A DNA stretch of 64,000 nucleotides from Klebsormidium nitens. Its lineage: Eukaryota > Plantae > Klebsormidiophyceae. The stretch spans positions 69,506 to 133,505 of the forward strand of contig DF237182.1 in the NCBI GenBank assembly GCA_000708835.1, given 5' to 3'. Position numbers and translations under genes: made by a program. Positions 22,701 to 35,100 of this stretch are shown one piece after another. The notes beneath the pieces were generated by a model. That model was given only the letters and a program-made list of their open reading frames with translations, was not told the DNA's origin and made no database searches. Position 1 is the stretch's first letter. Each line of letters begins with the position of its first letter.

Positions 22701-25700
22701 TTCAATCTCTTTGCTCTCTTCTTCTTGTCTTGTCCGCTCTCCCGTCTCTTTATACGATTGGTTCGACAGGTTCGAAGCAGTGGGCCTCACGTCCAGCAAC
22801 TTGCCCCTGGCCTGCTCAACTGTCCGAACAATGTTTCTAGCAATTGTGTCCCCGCCTGACCTTACCAACCAGCGGCCAACAAGGCGAAGAAAAGTCTCGG
22901 CGCTATCATTGCTGCGCCAAGCCCGCCGACGGCATATCGCAAATATTCGTCCCGTTTCGTTTCCGTTCTGCATTCTTTCCTTCACGTGAAAGGAAAAGGC
23001 CAGTCACCTTGGGCAAAACCGCTCTGATCCAAAACCTCCTCGCACCCACAGGCACCTATTCATGAAGGACAGCAACGTGTTCATCGCCGAGCCGACCAAC
23101 GAGACGGCGGCCGTGTCCTTCTCGGCGCTCGTGCGTGCCATGCACCAGACCCACCGGGTCGCCATCTTGCGATGCGTGTACCGCGCCAACCAAGGCAGCG
23201 TGGCGCTGTCCGTGGGGACGCCCTGCCCCGCGGAGGAGGACCACCTCGTGAGTCGGTTCGCCGTTATGTGGCTTCTAGGAGGAAGTAGGACTAGCGACTT
23301 TGTGGGTCTAGTAGGAAACAAGAATCTTTGGACGCTTTATGTGCTTCAGAAAGATTGACGGCCCCATTGTGCTGCTCGACAGAAGGGAATGTCAGTCTGC
23401 ACAGGGACGCAATCAGACCAGTTCAGGGTCGAATCGCCTGAGCAGATCTGGCATCTCTGAAGATGGTTGCTCGTCAATCTTGCGAATTTTATGAAAATGA
23501 TCATTTGTGAGGCGACCGTACTCCCGTCTCTGACGCCCTGCGAAGACCACTCGATCGTTTGCTCCGTCCCCTTGCTACAAACGAACTGTCTCCTTGGCCG
23601 AACCTTGTCGAAATTGCGAGCCGCGACATCGATGTCACATGGATCCGCTCACACTGACGTCACCTTCCTCGCAGCCGGACTCGCTGATCGTGAACCAGCT
23701 CCCGTTCGCGGAGGACGTCCGGGAGTACCCGTTTCTGGCGCTGGCTGACCAGCCCGAGAGCAAGCAGCCCAGCCTTGAGCAAATGGACCTAGCAGAGCAG
23801 CTCGTGCAGAAGCTGGATCTCGCGCCCGCGGCGGGAGAGGAACTGCTGGCGCCAGAGGCCACGCCCAACCCCACGCTCGAGGTAAACACTTGTAGCGAAT
23901 TGGAGGTCTTGGTTCTTACGGCCTATAGCACCATTGGATGCGTCACGTCATTTGGAGTCCGCTCGTAGAGTCAGCAACGATGTTTATCATTCTGCTTATG
24001 AACAGAATGAAAATGAAGAAGATCCTGCGTTCCTGCTGGATGTTTTGGGGAGCTTTTCCGCTGCCGTTCTCTGCTATGAAAGTCATCAGATGTTTCATCC
24101 GAGAAGGATACTGTCTGTACAGACCCTTGGAGGCCAGCCAGATTCCAGCCTCGGAAGTGGACGCGAAACGCTCCGGTAGTTCCCTTTACCCCCGATCCTG
24201 ATCATCACAAAACGGCAGTGTGCGTGTGCATCCGATGAAGCTTTTACCGATCCGCTTGCAACAATTTGACTCATTCTTATTCACTTGTTCAATCGCTGCA
24301 GCGGTTTTACAACTTCCTTCATAAGCGGGCCGTCGAGCCAGAAGCGGCGCTTCCGCCCATCACCCCCACTGCCCGCGCTGTCATCGAGCCGCCGCCCCGA
24401 CTCCTCGAAGCCGCCACTCCTCTCATCGAAGACTTCCAGACCAAGTTCAGCCTTACCGTTGCTGCCATTGTGAGAAAGTTTCGCCCTGCAATTTCCTGGG
24501 GACACCTTGGCCACGTCTGCATGGATATTCATTGTGTCCAGCAATCAAAACAGTCGCTTATGCTTACCGTGATTAGAATAGTGAGCAATATGCTTTACTG
24601 CGCTTTAGTAGCCACCATTCCAATTGCATCACCTTAGGAGAAACCGAGTCCGCTCATCTGAGATTCTATTGTCTAGCTCTTTTGACCCTTTCTGCATCGG
24701 TTCCCGGATCGATGAGTGATTGGAAATGAATGACATTGGTGATACATTCTGTCTTTGACTAGGGCAGTGGTATCAAAGGCTGTGCTTCAAGTGCGCCGCT
24801 CTGCTGCCGCCCTCAGAAGGACCGTTAACAGATTACGTCGATACGGGGTCCTCTGTCTAATCATAGTCACGTCCTCTGCTTTACCTCGTCTGCTGCGAGC
24901 GCTGCTTTCTGACAAAGCTGCTTCAAACAGTTTCTCCTGAGCTGCTAACCTCTCAGCGTTAGATGTCAACCTGTCCTCATTTCGAGAACGAAGGGGGTCG
25001 CAGAACGAACTCATGCAAAATTGCACTCCTTCTTGGCAGGAGGACAAGCCGTCCTGGCGAGGACGAGTCCCTCTCCAACATGTCAACTTTCAGTAAGGGG
25101 TCTTGGTTATCATCCTACAAACATTCTGCGTCTTTCTTCCTGACAGGAGGACAAGCCGTCCAAGCGCTTCTGGCGCGACCGCCACGCGGGCCAGGACGAG
25201 GCCCCCGGCCAGCTGGACAACGGCGCGAGCACGAGCGGCACGGCCGCGGACCCCATCTCGCTGGACGATCTCGCGGCGCGGAAAGTGGACGAGGTTGGGA
25301 CGGTGAACCCGGTGCAGGACTTCAATTCCATGATCGCGCGCACGGACGACCCGAACCTGATACCCAAGGTACTTGCGGAAACGGCAAGATGTTGGTGCTG
25401 TAATGCTTCTAAGCTTGCACAACGTGCCTTACTTCTCTTTCTTCAGTTTCTTGCTGCGGTGCCAGTCAGCAATCAATTTTAGGGAAGTCTCCGGCAGAGG
25501 ACTTGGGGTTATCTGCTTATGTGGCGGGTTATGTCAAACGCCATCGTGCAGATTCCGCAGAGGGTGCAGTTGAATCCGGGGCCACTTAACGAACTATGCT
25601 AGCAACTTGTAATGCAAAGTCTTTGTTCGAGTCTATAACTCCAATTCTTGAACGAGAAAATTTACTTCAGGAATGTGTGTGTGGAAGACCTTTGATATGG

Positions 25701-26685
25701 ATTGCCGCCGGGCTCTTCTCTTTGCAGGCCATCAAGGGCATGAAGGACGTCATCGACAACCTGGTGACGCAAGCATACCAGGGCAACACGTACGACCAAG
25801 CGCTGGAGTGCTTACGAGCGTTGCGACGAGGGTGCATCCTGCAAAGCGTGAGCACTTTGTCGACTTGTCTTCCGAAGAGAGTACTCTTGAGAGTGCCCAG
25901 AACCTGAGGAGGCGTGTTAATAAGAGCACGAGTGCGCGGTGTCGCAAATGTAACGGAATATCCCCTTCGATCCCCGCACGCTGCCTTATCCTTACGCTCT
26001 CTTGAGTTGAGGCTTGCATCACGAGCAAGGCTCGGAAGCTGCTACGGAGTTCCGCTACTTTCAAATGCAGGAACCACTGGAGTTCAACAGCTACCTAAGA
26101 GAAATAGCAGCCCGATCAAAGGGGAAGCGGCAGCACGACTTCTGGGAGCGACTGGTCAAGAACCAGCTGACGCTGATTAACCGGGACGAGGAGCCTGACA
26201 GGTGGGGACCATTCTCTGACTTTCTGTGCGGGTTGCAGAAAGGTTGATTCACAGGCTTTCACACGGGAACACAGGTCATCAACGCTGAGCACAATTAACT
26301 GAATCGAATTGAGTTTACCGTAACGTATGTGAGCCGTCAGTCCAAGTTCAGATAGTCAAGGAGGAAAAGCTGAGGGTGCCCTTGGACACGTTTGATGAGA
26401 TTTCCAGTACCTTTGCCGATGACGTCACGTCTGTCGAACGGACGGTGCATGGACTTTCAAGCTTCAAGTTAGGGCAACGTGAATGCTCCAAGTGCCAGAA
26501 GTAAAGCCGAGATCTGGAGTGTTTTCTGACACGTTTGGACTTGCATGTCCTACAGCGACGTCTTACCAGAGGAAGCGCAGAAGTTTTTGACGGAGGCCGA
26601 GGCCAAGCCGCCGTCTGCGGTTGAGGAGCCAGAGAAGGATGAAGAAGTCGACGAGATGGCTGAACTTCTGGACATGGCAGAATAA
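19800..26685 (+). CDS. KU80: Ku80, ATP-dependent DNA helicase 2 subunit (NHEJ)
   Basis: About 13 exons. MGSRSK|DTTVILLDVS (vWA), DEVGLVLFG, FLDAVVVG, KKRLWLLTN, YRYGPQFIP, LPFAEDVREYPF, TPNPTLE|RFY, C-terminal domain DFWERLVKNQLTLI...ELLDMAE*. Collinear with the recalled plant Ku80 sequence. Confidence 0.96.
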
Positions 26686-27911
26686 AAGGTTGTGCTTTCT
26701 CACTTGAGATCAGTGGTTCTATACCGGCTATACAAGCTGAAAGAAATATTGTCGGAGGGTCGGGCTGCATGGCAGTCCGATACAGGAGCAACGGTAGGCC
26801 GGTTATCTGGAATAAGAGTTACGGACAAAGGTCCATCAATAAGTCTGTACATATGCGACATTTGATACATAGGTTCTGTTGCGAAGAGACCAGTTTGTCT
26901 TAGGTTCTGGTCCATGCCACCATGCGAAGCAACTCATTACCACTGGGCATGAGCCGCATCATAAACAATCCTGCAGATCGCGAGGCGATTCAGCACTGCA
27001 CGTTGCTCCGATTACATAGATTGTTGAACCTATGATGCCGCCAACAGCATCATAAATGGCTCCTGCTGTAAGTTCAATTGCAGACATAATATAGACAATC
27101 CAAAGACCCAAGTGCAGGAACTGTGCTGATTATATTAGGCACGCATGGAAAAGGTGAGGTTTGTTTTTGCATGTGCACACATGCACCTATAGCTCTAACA
27201 TGTGATAGCGCTTACTAATCACGCCTAATATTCAGCATAAGTACATGTTTGAGAAGTTACCCTTAGAGGCCCTAGCATTAGAGCTGGAAATCTTGCTCAC
27301 TAGCTTCAGTCATGTTCATTGTAGAATCCACATAGTCCATGCACATGTAGATAGACTGTACAACGGCACCATCCAATTGTCGTGTCGCGACGAATCGACG
27401 TTACGTGTTCCTCAAGTCGATGATCGCTTTGCCACAAAGCTTGCTGGTTATAGGAGGATTGAAGCTGGAATTGTCGGAGCATCATTGCGCACACAGCCAA
27501 TGGCCAAAATTCATGTGCAACTCTTTGCGGTGCCTTTTGCAAAGCGTCTACCTACATGGAAGACCGACTACAACACTGTCGGACAAACGCAATCAGCCAT
27601 GTATGAAGAAATGTCGCTGCCAACCACGGCCCAAGCCAGTTTGAACTTGGCTGCAGAAATATGCAGAAATCCCAAGAGAGGATTCCGTTTGTTCTATTAG
27701 TAGGCGCTCCAAAGCCTACTTGTTCCCAGCTTGTCGGCTACGTTCCTCCAATTGACATTGAATCACAGGAAGCTGCTTGTCGTCCACTCTGATTCTTCAC
27801 AAGTTGAATGAGTGACACAATCCTAGTTGAGCACAAACCGTAAGGTAAGCATTCGTTGCAACCCATGTCAGTCAGCTTTCACACCCCAGATTCAAGCTTT
27901 GCCCTTCCCTG

Positions 27912-28337
27912 CTATTGCACAAGCACCCCCGGTCCCTGCCCTTCGCCGCTCTCTTGCTGCGCCCTCCGCACCTCCTTTTCGTTCTTATACCTGATCTTGT
28001 ACTTTGTTTGAAACTCCCCCAGCTCCTTCTTCTTCTTCTCAAACTGCTCGCTCAGCGTCTTCACAATCTGCGCCAGATTGTCTCTGTTTGCCGTCACTGC
28101 CGGCAGCACCTCTTTCACCGTTCTTTCTACAAGCACGCTCCCCACGAGGCGGTAGCACTTCCGCGATGGCTCTAGGGGATCCAGGGTGGATACCACCATG
28201 TTGTGCTCAACTTTCTCGCTCTCTAGTTCCTGCAGCTTGGCAAACAGGTTTTGCAGCTCGTTTTGGAGCTCCATGTAGCGGCGCACAATTGCCTCCTCGG
28301 AGTTTAGGCCCACGCTCTCGTTGCTACTGCTGGCCAT
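27912..28337 (-). CDS. PFDN2: Prefoldin subunit 2
   Basis: Single coding exon MASSSNES...RKCYRLVGSVLVERTVKEVLPAV...GVLVQ*, a prefoldin beta-type hairpin with coiled coils. A ctctctacag acceptor immediately before the ATG suggests a 5'-UTR intron. Confidence 0.95.
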   Translation of the reverse strand: MASSSNESVGLNSEEAIVRRYMELQNELQNLFAKLQELESEKVEHNMVVSTLDPLEPSRKCYRLVGSVLVERTVKEVLPAVTANRDNLAQIVKTLSEQFEKKKKELGEFQTKYKIRYKNEKEVRRAQQESGEGQGPGVLVQ

Positions 28338-29155
28338 CCTGTAGAGAGGTGTGAAACAAGCAGCAGCAGCAAGACAATCGACAAATGGCTGGACTCTCAA
28401 TGTCCCTTCCAATCAGCCTGGTTGGACCACAGCAGTCCCGATATCCCTGAATTGCGATGTTGAAAAGCTTGCTCCTTATAAGCTTTTCTCCTGATCAACA
28501 TTCAAAAGGTAGCCCAACCGCCTCAGGCTCAGGGCTCCAAACCTTTGTCCAGAGCAGTGCTGGAATTGGAAAAGCCTCAGGCTCAGAGCGGGTCTGAACT
28601 GCATGAGACTCAAGAGGGCAAAATTCGCGAAGCAGCAAACTATCTGAAATTCAAGCACTGCATTACGATTCGGCCCGAATATGACATGACTTTGAAATGA
28701 TTGGAAACTAGAAGAAGTAGTCGATACTGTGCATCGTCGAACGGATTGTGGCCGCATAGACAGAGGGAGTAGCCTACGGCGAAGTCGGCTTCGAGCCCCC
28801 CTTCAAAGTCAATGAAACGCTCAGACAAAAACGCTGGAAAATAAATCCGACCAAATCCCAGCCCTGTGCATGAAATTATCCTGAGCAGAGCTGTTCAAGC
28901 TCACATGCAAAAGCTCAGCTCACTGCTGAGACAACAGAACTGGAGTCCCAAATGCTACGTGGTATGCAGGCATGCTCTCATTTGCTGAGCTTTTCCTGCA
29001 TGAATCTGGTGCAGCACTACGGACGACATTGCTGCGCATTTCAGCACTCGCATTGCTGACACCTTTGTAAAGGCACATCATGCGCCTACATGCAGATTCC
29101 ACCGTTCCTCATAGCTAGCATTAGTTAAGCACTTCCCAAATTGCAATCTCGCACC
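28338..29155. promoter_or_regulatory. Putative bidirectional promoter and 5' UTRs between PFDN2 and VPS13X
   Basis: Divergent genes with start codons about 820 bp apart. Confidence 0.45.
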
Positions 29156-32100
29156 ATGGAGCACTTTGTCGCCGACGTCATCACCAAGCAGCTGGCGCAG
29201 TTCCTGGTCCTGTCTCCGGACGAGTTGCACCTTCATCTGCTGTCCGGGGAGGTCCGGTTGCAGAATGTCCGGTTGAATACAAACACTATCAACAAGGACT
29301 ATGCGACGGCGTCTCCCCTTCTGGTCAAGAAAGGGATTGTTGGTTTATTGAGGGTACAGTTCAAACCTCTCCGTGTGGACGCAATCAACGTGCTGGTGGA
29401 GGATATTGAACTGGAAGTAGAGCCAAGGTAAGGTGACAAGGTCTTTGGTCAGAAGTCCAGTCCTTTGTAACTTTCAGTCACCATCTTTCAATCTCCAACA
29501 TAAGGGCACTTTATTGACGGCATCAAGGTGCCTAAGTCTCTGCTGCAAGAAACCAATGCTGGTGGCCCAAGTGGAATTCAAGCCCGCGTGAAAAGCTGTG
29601 CTTAAAACAGTTGAGTCCCATCAGTCAACATTACAAAGATAGTTGTCTTCGCTAGTTTTGAGTTCAATGTCGATGTCACGTGCTTGCATTTTTCAGTACT
29701 ACACATGCACCTTTGTTAAGCTGGCAGACTGTCCTGTTTTGAGCCAGGCCTCCTTGGTGATCAATTTAAGCTTCATGTTAGAACCCGCGATGCCCCTGCC
29801 TTCCCCCCAGGCTTGAAGTGAGTAATGATGGAATCACGCACTCTTCCATGATGATTCACAGCGATTTTCAAACCGTTGATTGCAAGGAAGGAGTGTATCA
29901 TACAGTTTATAGAATCAATAACTGCGGACCGTGGACGGTGCTAACCTGGTGTTCATGCTGAAACTGATCAAGTTCAGGGTCAAAGAAACAGTTGCACTCA
30001 GCAAACAAGTGCTGCATGCGAACATACTTCTGATACGCCTTGCTATTGAATCGGTTTCAGGCCCCCTGACTCTGATTGGTGGTCGAAGCAAGCGGCCGCC
30101 GCCCCTGTGACACTCGACCGCAGCCAACAGCTCGCCCTCCTCGACCCTGAGGCAGCCGCGATCGAGGAATTCGCAAAAGATGGCGCAGGGCCCTCTCGTC
30201 TGCAGAAGATCGCCGTTGGCTTCCTTGAGCGCTTAACTGCCGCGGTCCTGGGGGCGCTCCGAGTTGAGGTCAGAAATGTGAGAGTGAGCGTTGTGGTGGG
30301 GTTCCGGGGAGAAGGGACTGATGTTCGAGCGAAGGGTTCCGAAATTGCATGTCATAGGCAGAACCAGTCTGGGAAGGAGGAAGAGAGAGGCGGCTACGTT
30401 GAGAACATCCGAAATGGCATGCCGAGCGAGGTCCAAAGCGGGGAACAAAGTGGGCCAAACGATGGGGGAGGGAGAAGAGACGCCCGCCCAGTTGCAGATG
30501 GACTAGAGAAGGCGGAAGATGCAGTTAGGGAGGGAAACGAGGACAACAACGCTGAAGGGCGCAATTCTGTGATCGAATCGGCGGAGCCTCACACCGCAAT
30601 CCCAGTCGCTCCTGGCGGCAGGAGCCCCCCTGGCGGGCAAGAGTATGTTGCTCTCGAGGTGGCACTTGAGAGCTTCATTTTGTTTGAGGGCCGACACGGG
30701 CAGAACGGGGGTAGTGGGGGTGGGCTTCTCGGGGCGGCCTGGACGGCTGTTTTNNNNNNNNNNNNNNNNNNNNNNNNNNNNNNNNNNNNNNNNNNNNNNN
30801 NNNNNNNNNNNNNNNNNNNNNNNNNNNNNNNNNNNNNNNNNNNNNNNNNNNNNNNNNNNNNNNNNNNNNNNNNNNNNNNNNNNNNNNNNNNNNNNNNNNN
30901 NNNNNNNNNNNNNNNNNNNNNNNNNNNNNNNNNNNNNNNNNNNNNNNNNNNNNNNNNNNNNNNNNNNNNNNNNNNNNNNNNNNNNNNNNNNNNNNNNNNN
31001 NNNNNNNNNNNNNNNNNNNNNNNNNNNNNNNNNNNNNNNNNNNNNNNNNNNNNNNNNNNNNNNNNNNNNNNNNNNNNNNNNNNNNNNNNNNNNNNNNNNN
31101 NNNNNNNNNNNNNNNNNNNNNNNNNNNNNNNNNNNNNNNNNNNNNNNNNNNNNNNNNNNNNNNNNNNNNNNNNNNNNNNNNNNNNNNNNNNNNNNNNNNN
31201 NNNNGGGTGGGCTTCTCGGGGCGGCCTGGACGGCTGTTTTCGGATCAGGAGGCGCCGACAAGGGGTCTGTGAGCAAACACACGCAGTTGGGAGGGCTGGC
31301 AATTAGACTCGAGACAAGCGAGGGGCGGGGAGAGGGGGAAGCGGAGATGAGTGATAATAGCAAGGGGTTGAGCAGAGCTAAGCCGGGCGAGAGCGAGCAG
31401 ACCATTGACAGTGACACTGAGACAACGGTTGTCTCTCTGGGTGGGCTTTCGTCCCCAGAGAGTAGCATCAAAAGTGGGGAGGGTTTGGCAAGCGGCGAGG
31501 AAAAGGGGGCTACCCCGCTGCGGGTTGCTAGTGTTAGTCGGAGGAGCATTCTGCTCCCGAACGAGATCGACACGGTGCTCAGAATCAACAAGCTGGGGTT
31601 GGACAGGGTTCAGGTGGACGCTCGGACGATGGCCATGGAGTTGGACGTCCAAGACTTGGCTGCGCTCGCGCACTTGGCGGCGGCTCTCAGCCCCCCTGCA
31701 AAAGTGAGTGCTGGTCAAAGCTCGTTGGAAGGTTCGGAGGGGACTCGCGAGGCTGCCACGAATAGGGGGAGTACAGAGGGGAAGCCAGGTGAAGCTGAAG
31801 GAAAGTCTCATGGAAAAGGGCGCTCAGAGCAAACACCAGCGCAGGACTCAGAGGGAGGGAGCAAAGAGGGGCGTTCGGAGGAGGGGGAAGGCGGCCTGTC
31901 GGAGGCGGCACTGCGGTGGCAGAAGGCCTTTCGATTGATCAGGGAGCAGAGCCACAGCACGCGACTGCACGGTGTGCTTGAGGCCGGGGCTGCCAGGAGG
32001 AGGTGCGCACAAAGATTACTTGCGAATGCTGGCTTCGTGCTTTTCAATCGAGATAGAGCAGAAGTCTCGAGAAACAGCCCGTTCGAGAAGATTGAAGTTG

Positions 32101-35100
32101 GCTGTCCTGTGTGCGATTTTACGTGTTGTGCTGCTTTACACTTGGGGGGAAATTTCAACCTCTGCGACTTTTCCCCGCCATCGATCGACAAAACATGTCG
32201 AGTCGACCTGGTATTTGACGTTGAAGGGAAGTTTCCAAGCCTTCCTTTGTTTTGTATGTTTACATTGCGAGCAAGACACGTCATCAAGTATCCAACAGGG
32301 TTGGCTTTCTGTGTTGTTACTGTTGCACATCACTGCCAATAGAGCTGGACTTTCTTTGTCCACTAAGCATCCTACCCTCTTTCGAAAGGCCTCCTGCCCC
32401 CGCAATGCTTGCTAATAATGGCAAAGCTCCTGCCTGACGTCAACTCTCGGTCCGCATATCACAGGTACGTCGCCCTTTATGCCGAGTGGCTGCGCGCGAT
32501 CGGATGGGGCGAGGACGCTCCCGCGCAACTGGCGCGTCAACAAGCGGAGAAGCGCCAGCCGCGCGAGGTGCAGCGGCTCAAGGCCCGGTTGCACGACTCT
32601 CTACAGACCACAGAGGGATCCCTCCCGATTGAAGCAATCGTAGTTGCGCGCAAGATCGCGCGAGCGCAGATTCAGGGGCAGAACGGGGAAGACGCAAAGG
32701 GGGCCTTCCTGAGCCTTTCTCGAGGGGCCAGCGGGGTGCAGAAAGAAGGGGAAGATTGGTGGTTTTGGGAGACGAAGTATTACAAGTCTGCCAAGGCAAT
32801 TGCGAAAGTGCTGTACGCGGTGCTGTGGGGCCTGTTGAACACGCTCTGGACGATCGTTGTGAGCCCGTACAACGGCTTTGTGTCGGCCACCCACGTCATG
32901 CAGGCGCGGCCCGAGGCGGACCCCTGGGCGGTCGACGATGATGTCACACCGGCGGAGATAACCTCAGCCAAGGGCGACGAACAAGCGCCAGCTGGGGCGC
33001 CCGCTCAGCTGGCGCTCACGGCGTCGTTCCACATTGGGGCGGGCAGCGTGACGTTCAGCTCGTCTCGAATGACGTCAGCGCCACGTCAGCAGGAGGGCGA
33101 GGCTCCCGAGGGGCAGGCGGTCCGGCTGACGTGGAGCCGCCTCTCGCTGTCGGCAACGCAAAGCGGAGGAGAAGGCGGCGGCGCGGTGTATCTGGCAAGA
33201 GTGACTCTCGGCAGCGTCGACTGCAACTGCATCTCCGTGCTTTCCTATTCCACGGCGATCCAGCTCGGTCGAGCCGACTCGCTCTCTGAGCCACCCCGGT
33301 TAGAGTCGACTCCTTCCGGGGGCTTCCTGCGGAGCATCTTTGGGCTCGAGCGGCAGCGCAGCGAAGGCGTCGAAGTTGACGAGGTCACAGAGCGGGATGC
33401 AACGTTCGACGATAAACCACGGTTGGTGGAAGGGTCCGGGGGCAATACCCCCCTGTTTGTGTCGGGCTTTGCACCCGAGTGGAAGACGGGGCACCCGAAA
33501 GCGTCATCGAAGCTGCTCGGGATGGGGGCGTTCTGCAACCGGGGGCTGGGGCGGGCCAGGCGAGCTCCAGCAGGAAGTGTGGGTGAGTGGATTCACGATG
33601 AATGAAGTGTGCTTGAGAAGGCTCGCGGTTCACGGCTAGTAGTTGTTCTTGACTTTCTGGGCGGTTGGTGTTGATACATTGAGGAAGAAAGACGTCACGT
33701 GCTTTTGATTGGTATAGATTTGGACAGGTTGCTTAAGCTGGCTGCTGGAGTTCCCGAAAAGCGCTAGGTGACTCTCAAATGCTGTCCCTCATGTATTGTA
33801 TCAGGAACGAAGCTTCGTGCTGATTACATCAGACCATACACATTAGATTTTGGACCTTGAACAAGCCGTCCAATGGTTCTCGAAGAAGTGCCTACGCTCG
33901 ATTCGTGACGTGACTGATCGCTTGGAAGCACTCTTAAGTCATTTCTCGGAGGAACAGCAGATTGATATCAAGATGATTACCATGTACGTCCTTGCCACCC
34001 TCCCTTGTTCCAGTGTCAATCGATCACCCTCGTTAAGCCTATGTAGGCATTCTAGGTGTTCGACTCTGCCGTTTTTTCGTCACAGGCGGAGGTTTGAGCC
34101 TCAAGTCTCGTCTCCTCGGCACGAACGACCCAGGAAGCCGCTCGTTATTCACTCAACCATCCCTTCCTTCCGACGCCCACGAAGCCTCGGGTTCTCAAAC
34201 GGCCCCTGTCGAATCCACATCCCACGCCCGCAAACCTTCTTTCCTAAGCCAGTTCTTCAACCGCCCCTTCTCGCATCTAGCCCGGGCCCCGTCCCTGGCG
34301 CGGCTCCCCTCTTTCAGCTCACAAACCAGCTCCCTTGCGACAAAACAGGGCCCCTCCCGTGAAGAGCAGGCCGCCGCAGAGCGCCGCAGGGAGCGGCGCG
34401 AGCGCTGGCGCGCGCGGTTAGCGGCTAACCGGCCGTTTGCAGTCGCGGCTGTAGAGGTTAACACGAGTGGGTTTATGAACCCCGGAGACGATGAAGCGGC
34501 GGCGGTGACATGTGGGGCGTCTGTTGGTCGGTTGAGCCTCTTTGTGGGTCTGGACGTCTTGGACCGAGTTGGACCGATCTTGTCCGAGCTGCGGGATCTT
34601 GCGGCCTCTTTGGATCTGCTTTCGACGCCAAGCGGTGCGACGGCAATCGACAAAAGCAAGCCCGATCGGGGGACTGAACCAGGACAGTCGGGGAAAGACA
34701 CGAGAGGCGTTCCCGAAGTGCAGCGGCCGAACAGTCCCTCGGACGTCCTAACCTCCTCGATAGCGTCCGTCTTCACGTTGCTTGGACCAAGCATCTGCGC
34801 GGCCGCACCGAGCATCCGCCTAGACGTGTCGGCAGTCGTCGACCTACCCCGGTTGATCCTCACTGGGGGTGCTCCGGACGCACCTTCGGCGTCCGAATCA
34901 ATCATTGCGGACGCTGGACAGCTGGCGCTGTCCCTATGGCCAGTCTCCCCGGCCCTGCACCAGCAGGAGCGACGCCGGCGCGCATCGCAAGTGTCGGCAA
35001 GTGGGCGCACGCCCCCGGGACAAGGCCTCAGAGCGCCCCCTCCCGAGAAAAAGGATGATGCAATCAACCCGTCTGGGGGTCTCTGGGAGATCTCCGCACT

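Noticed and set aside
27245-27700. 151-aa ORF between convergent Ku80 and PFDN2
   Set aside because: No GC3 bias, no motif and no splice support; probably chance in UTR or intergenic DNA.
30503-31591. ORFs of 237-565 aa spanning the N runs (also 42370-43982)
   Set aside because: Lengths are inflated by X codons; the real frames are VPS13X exons.
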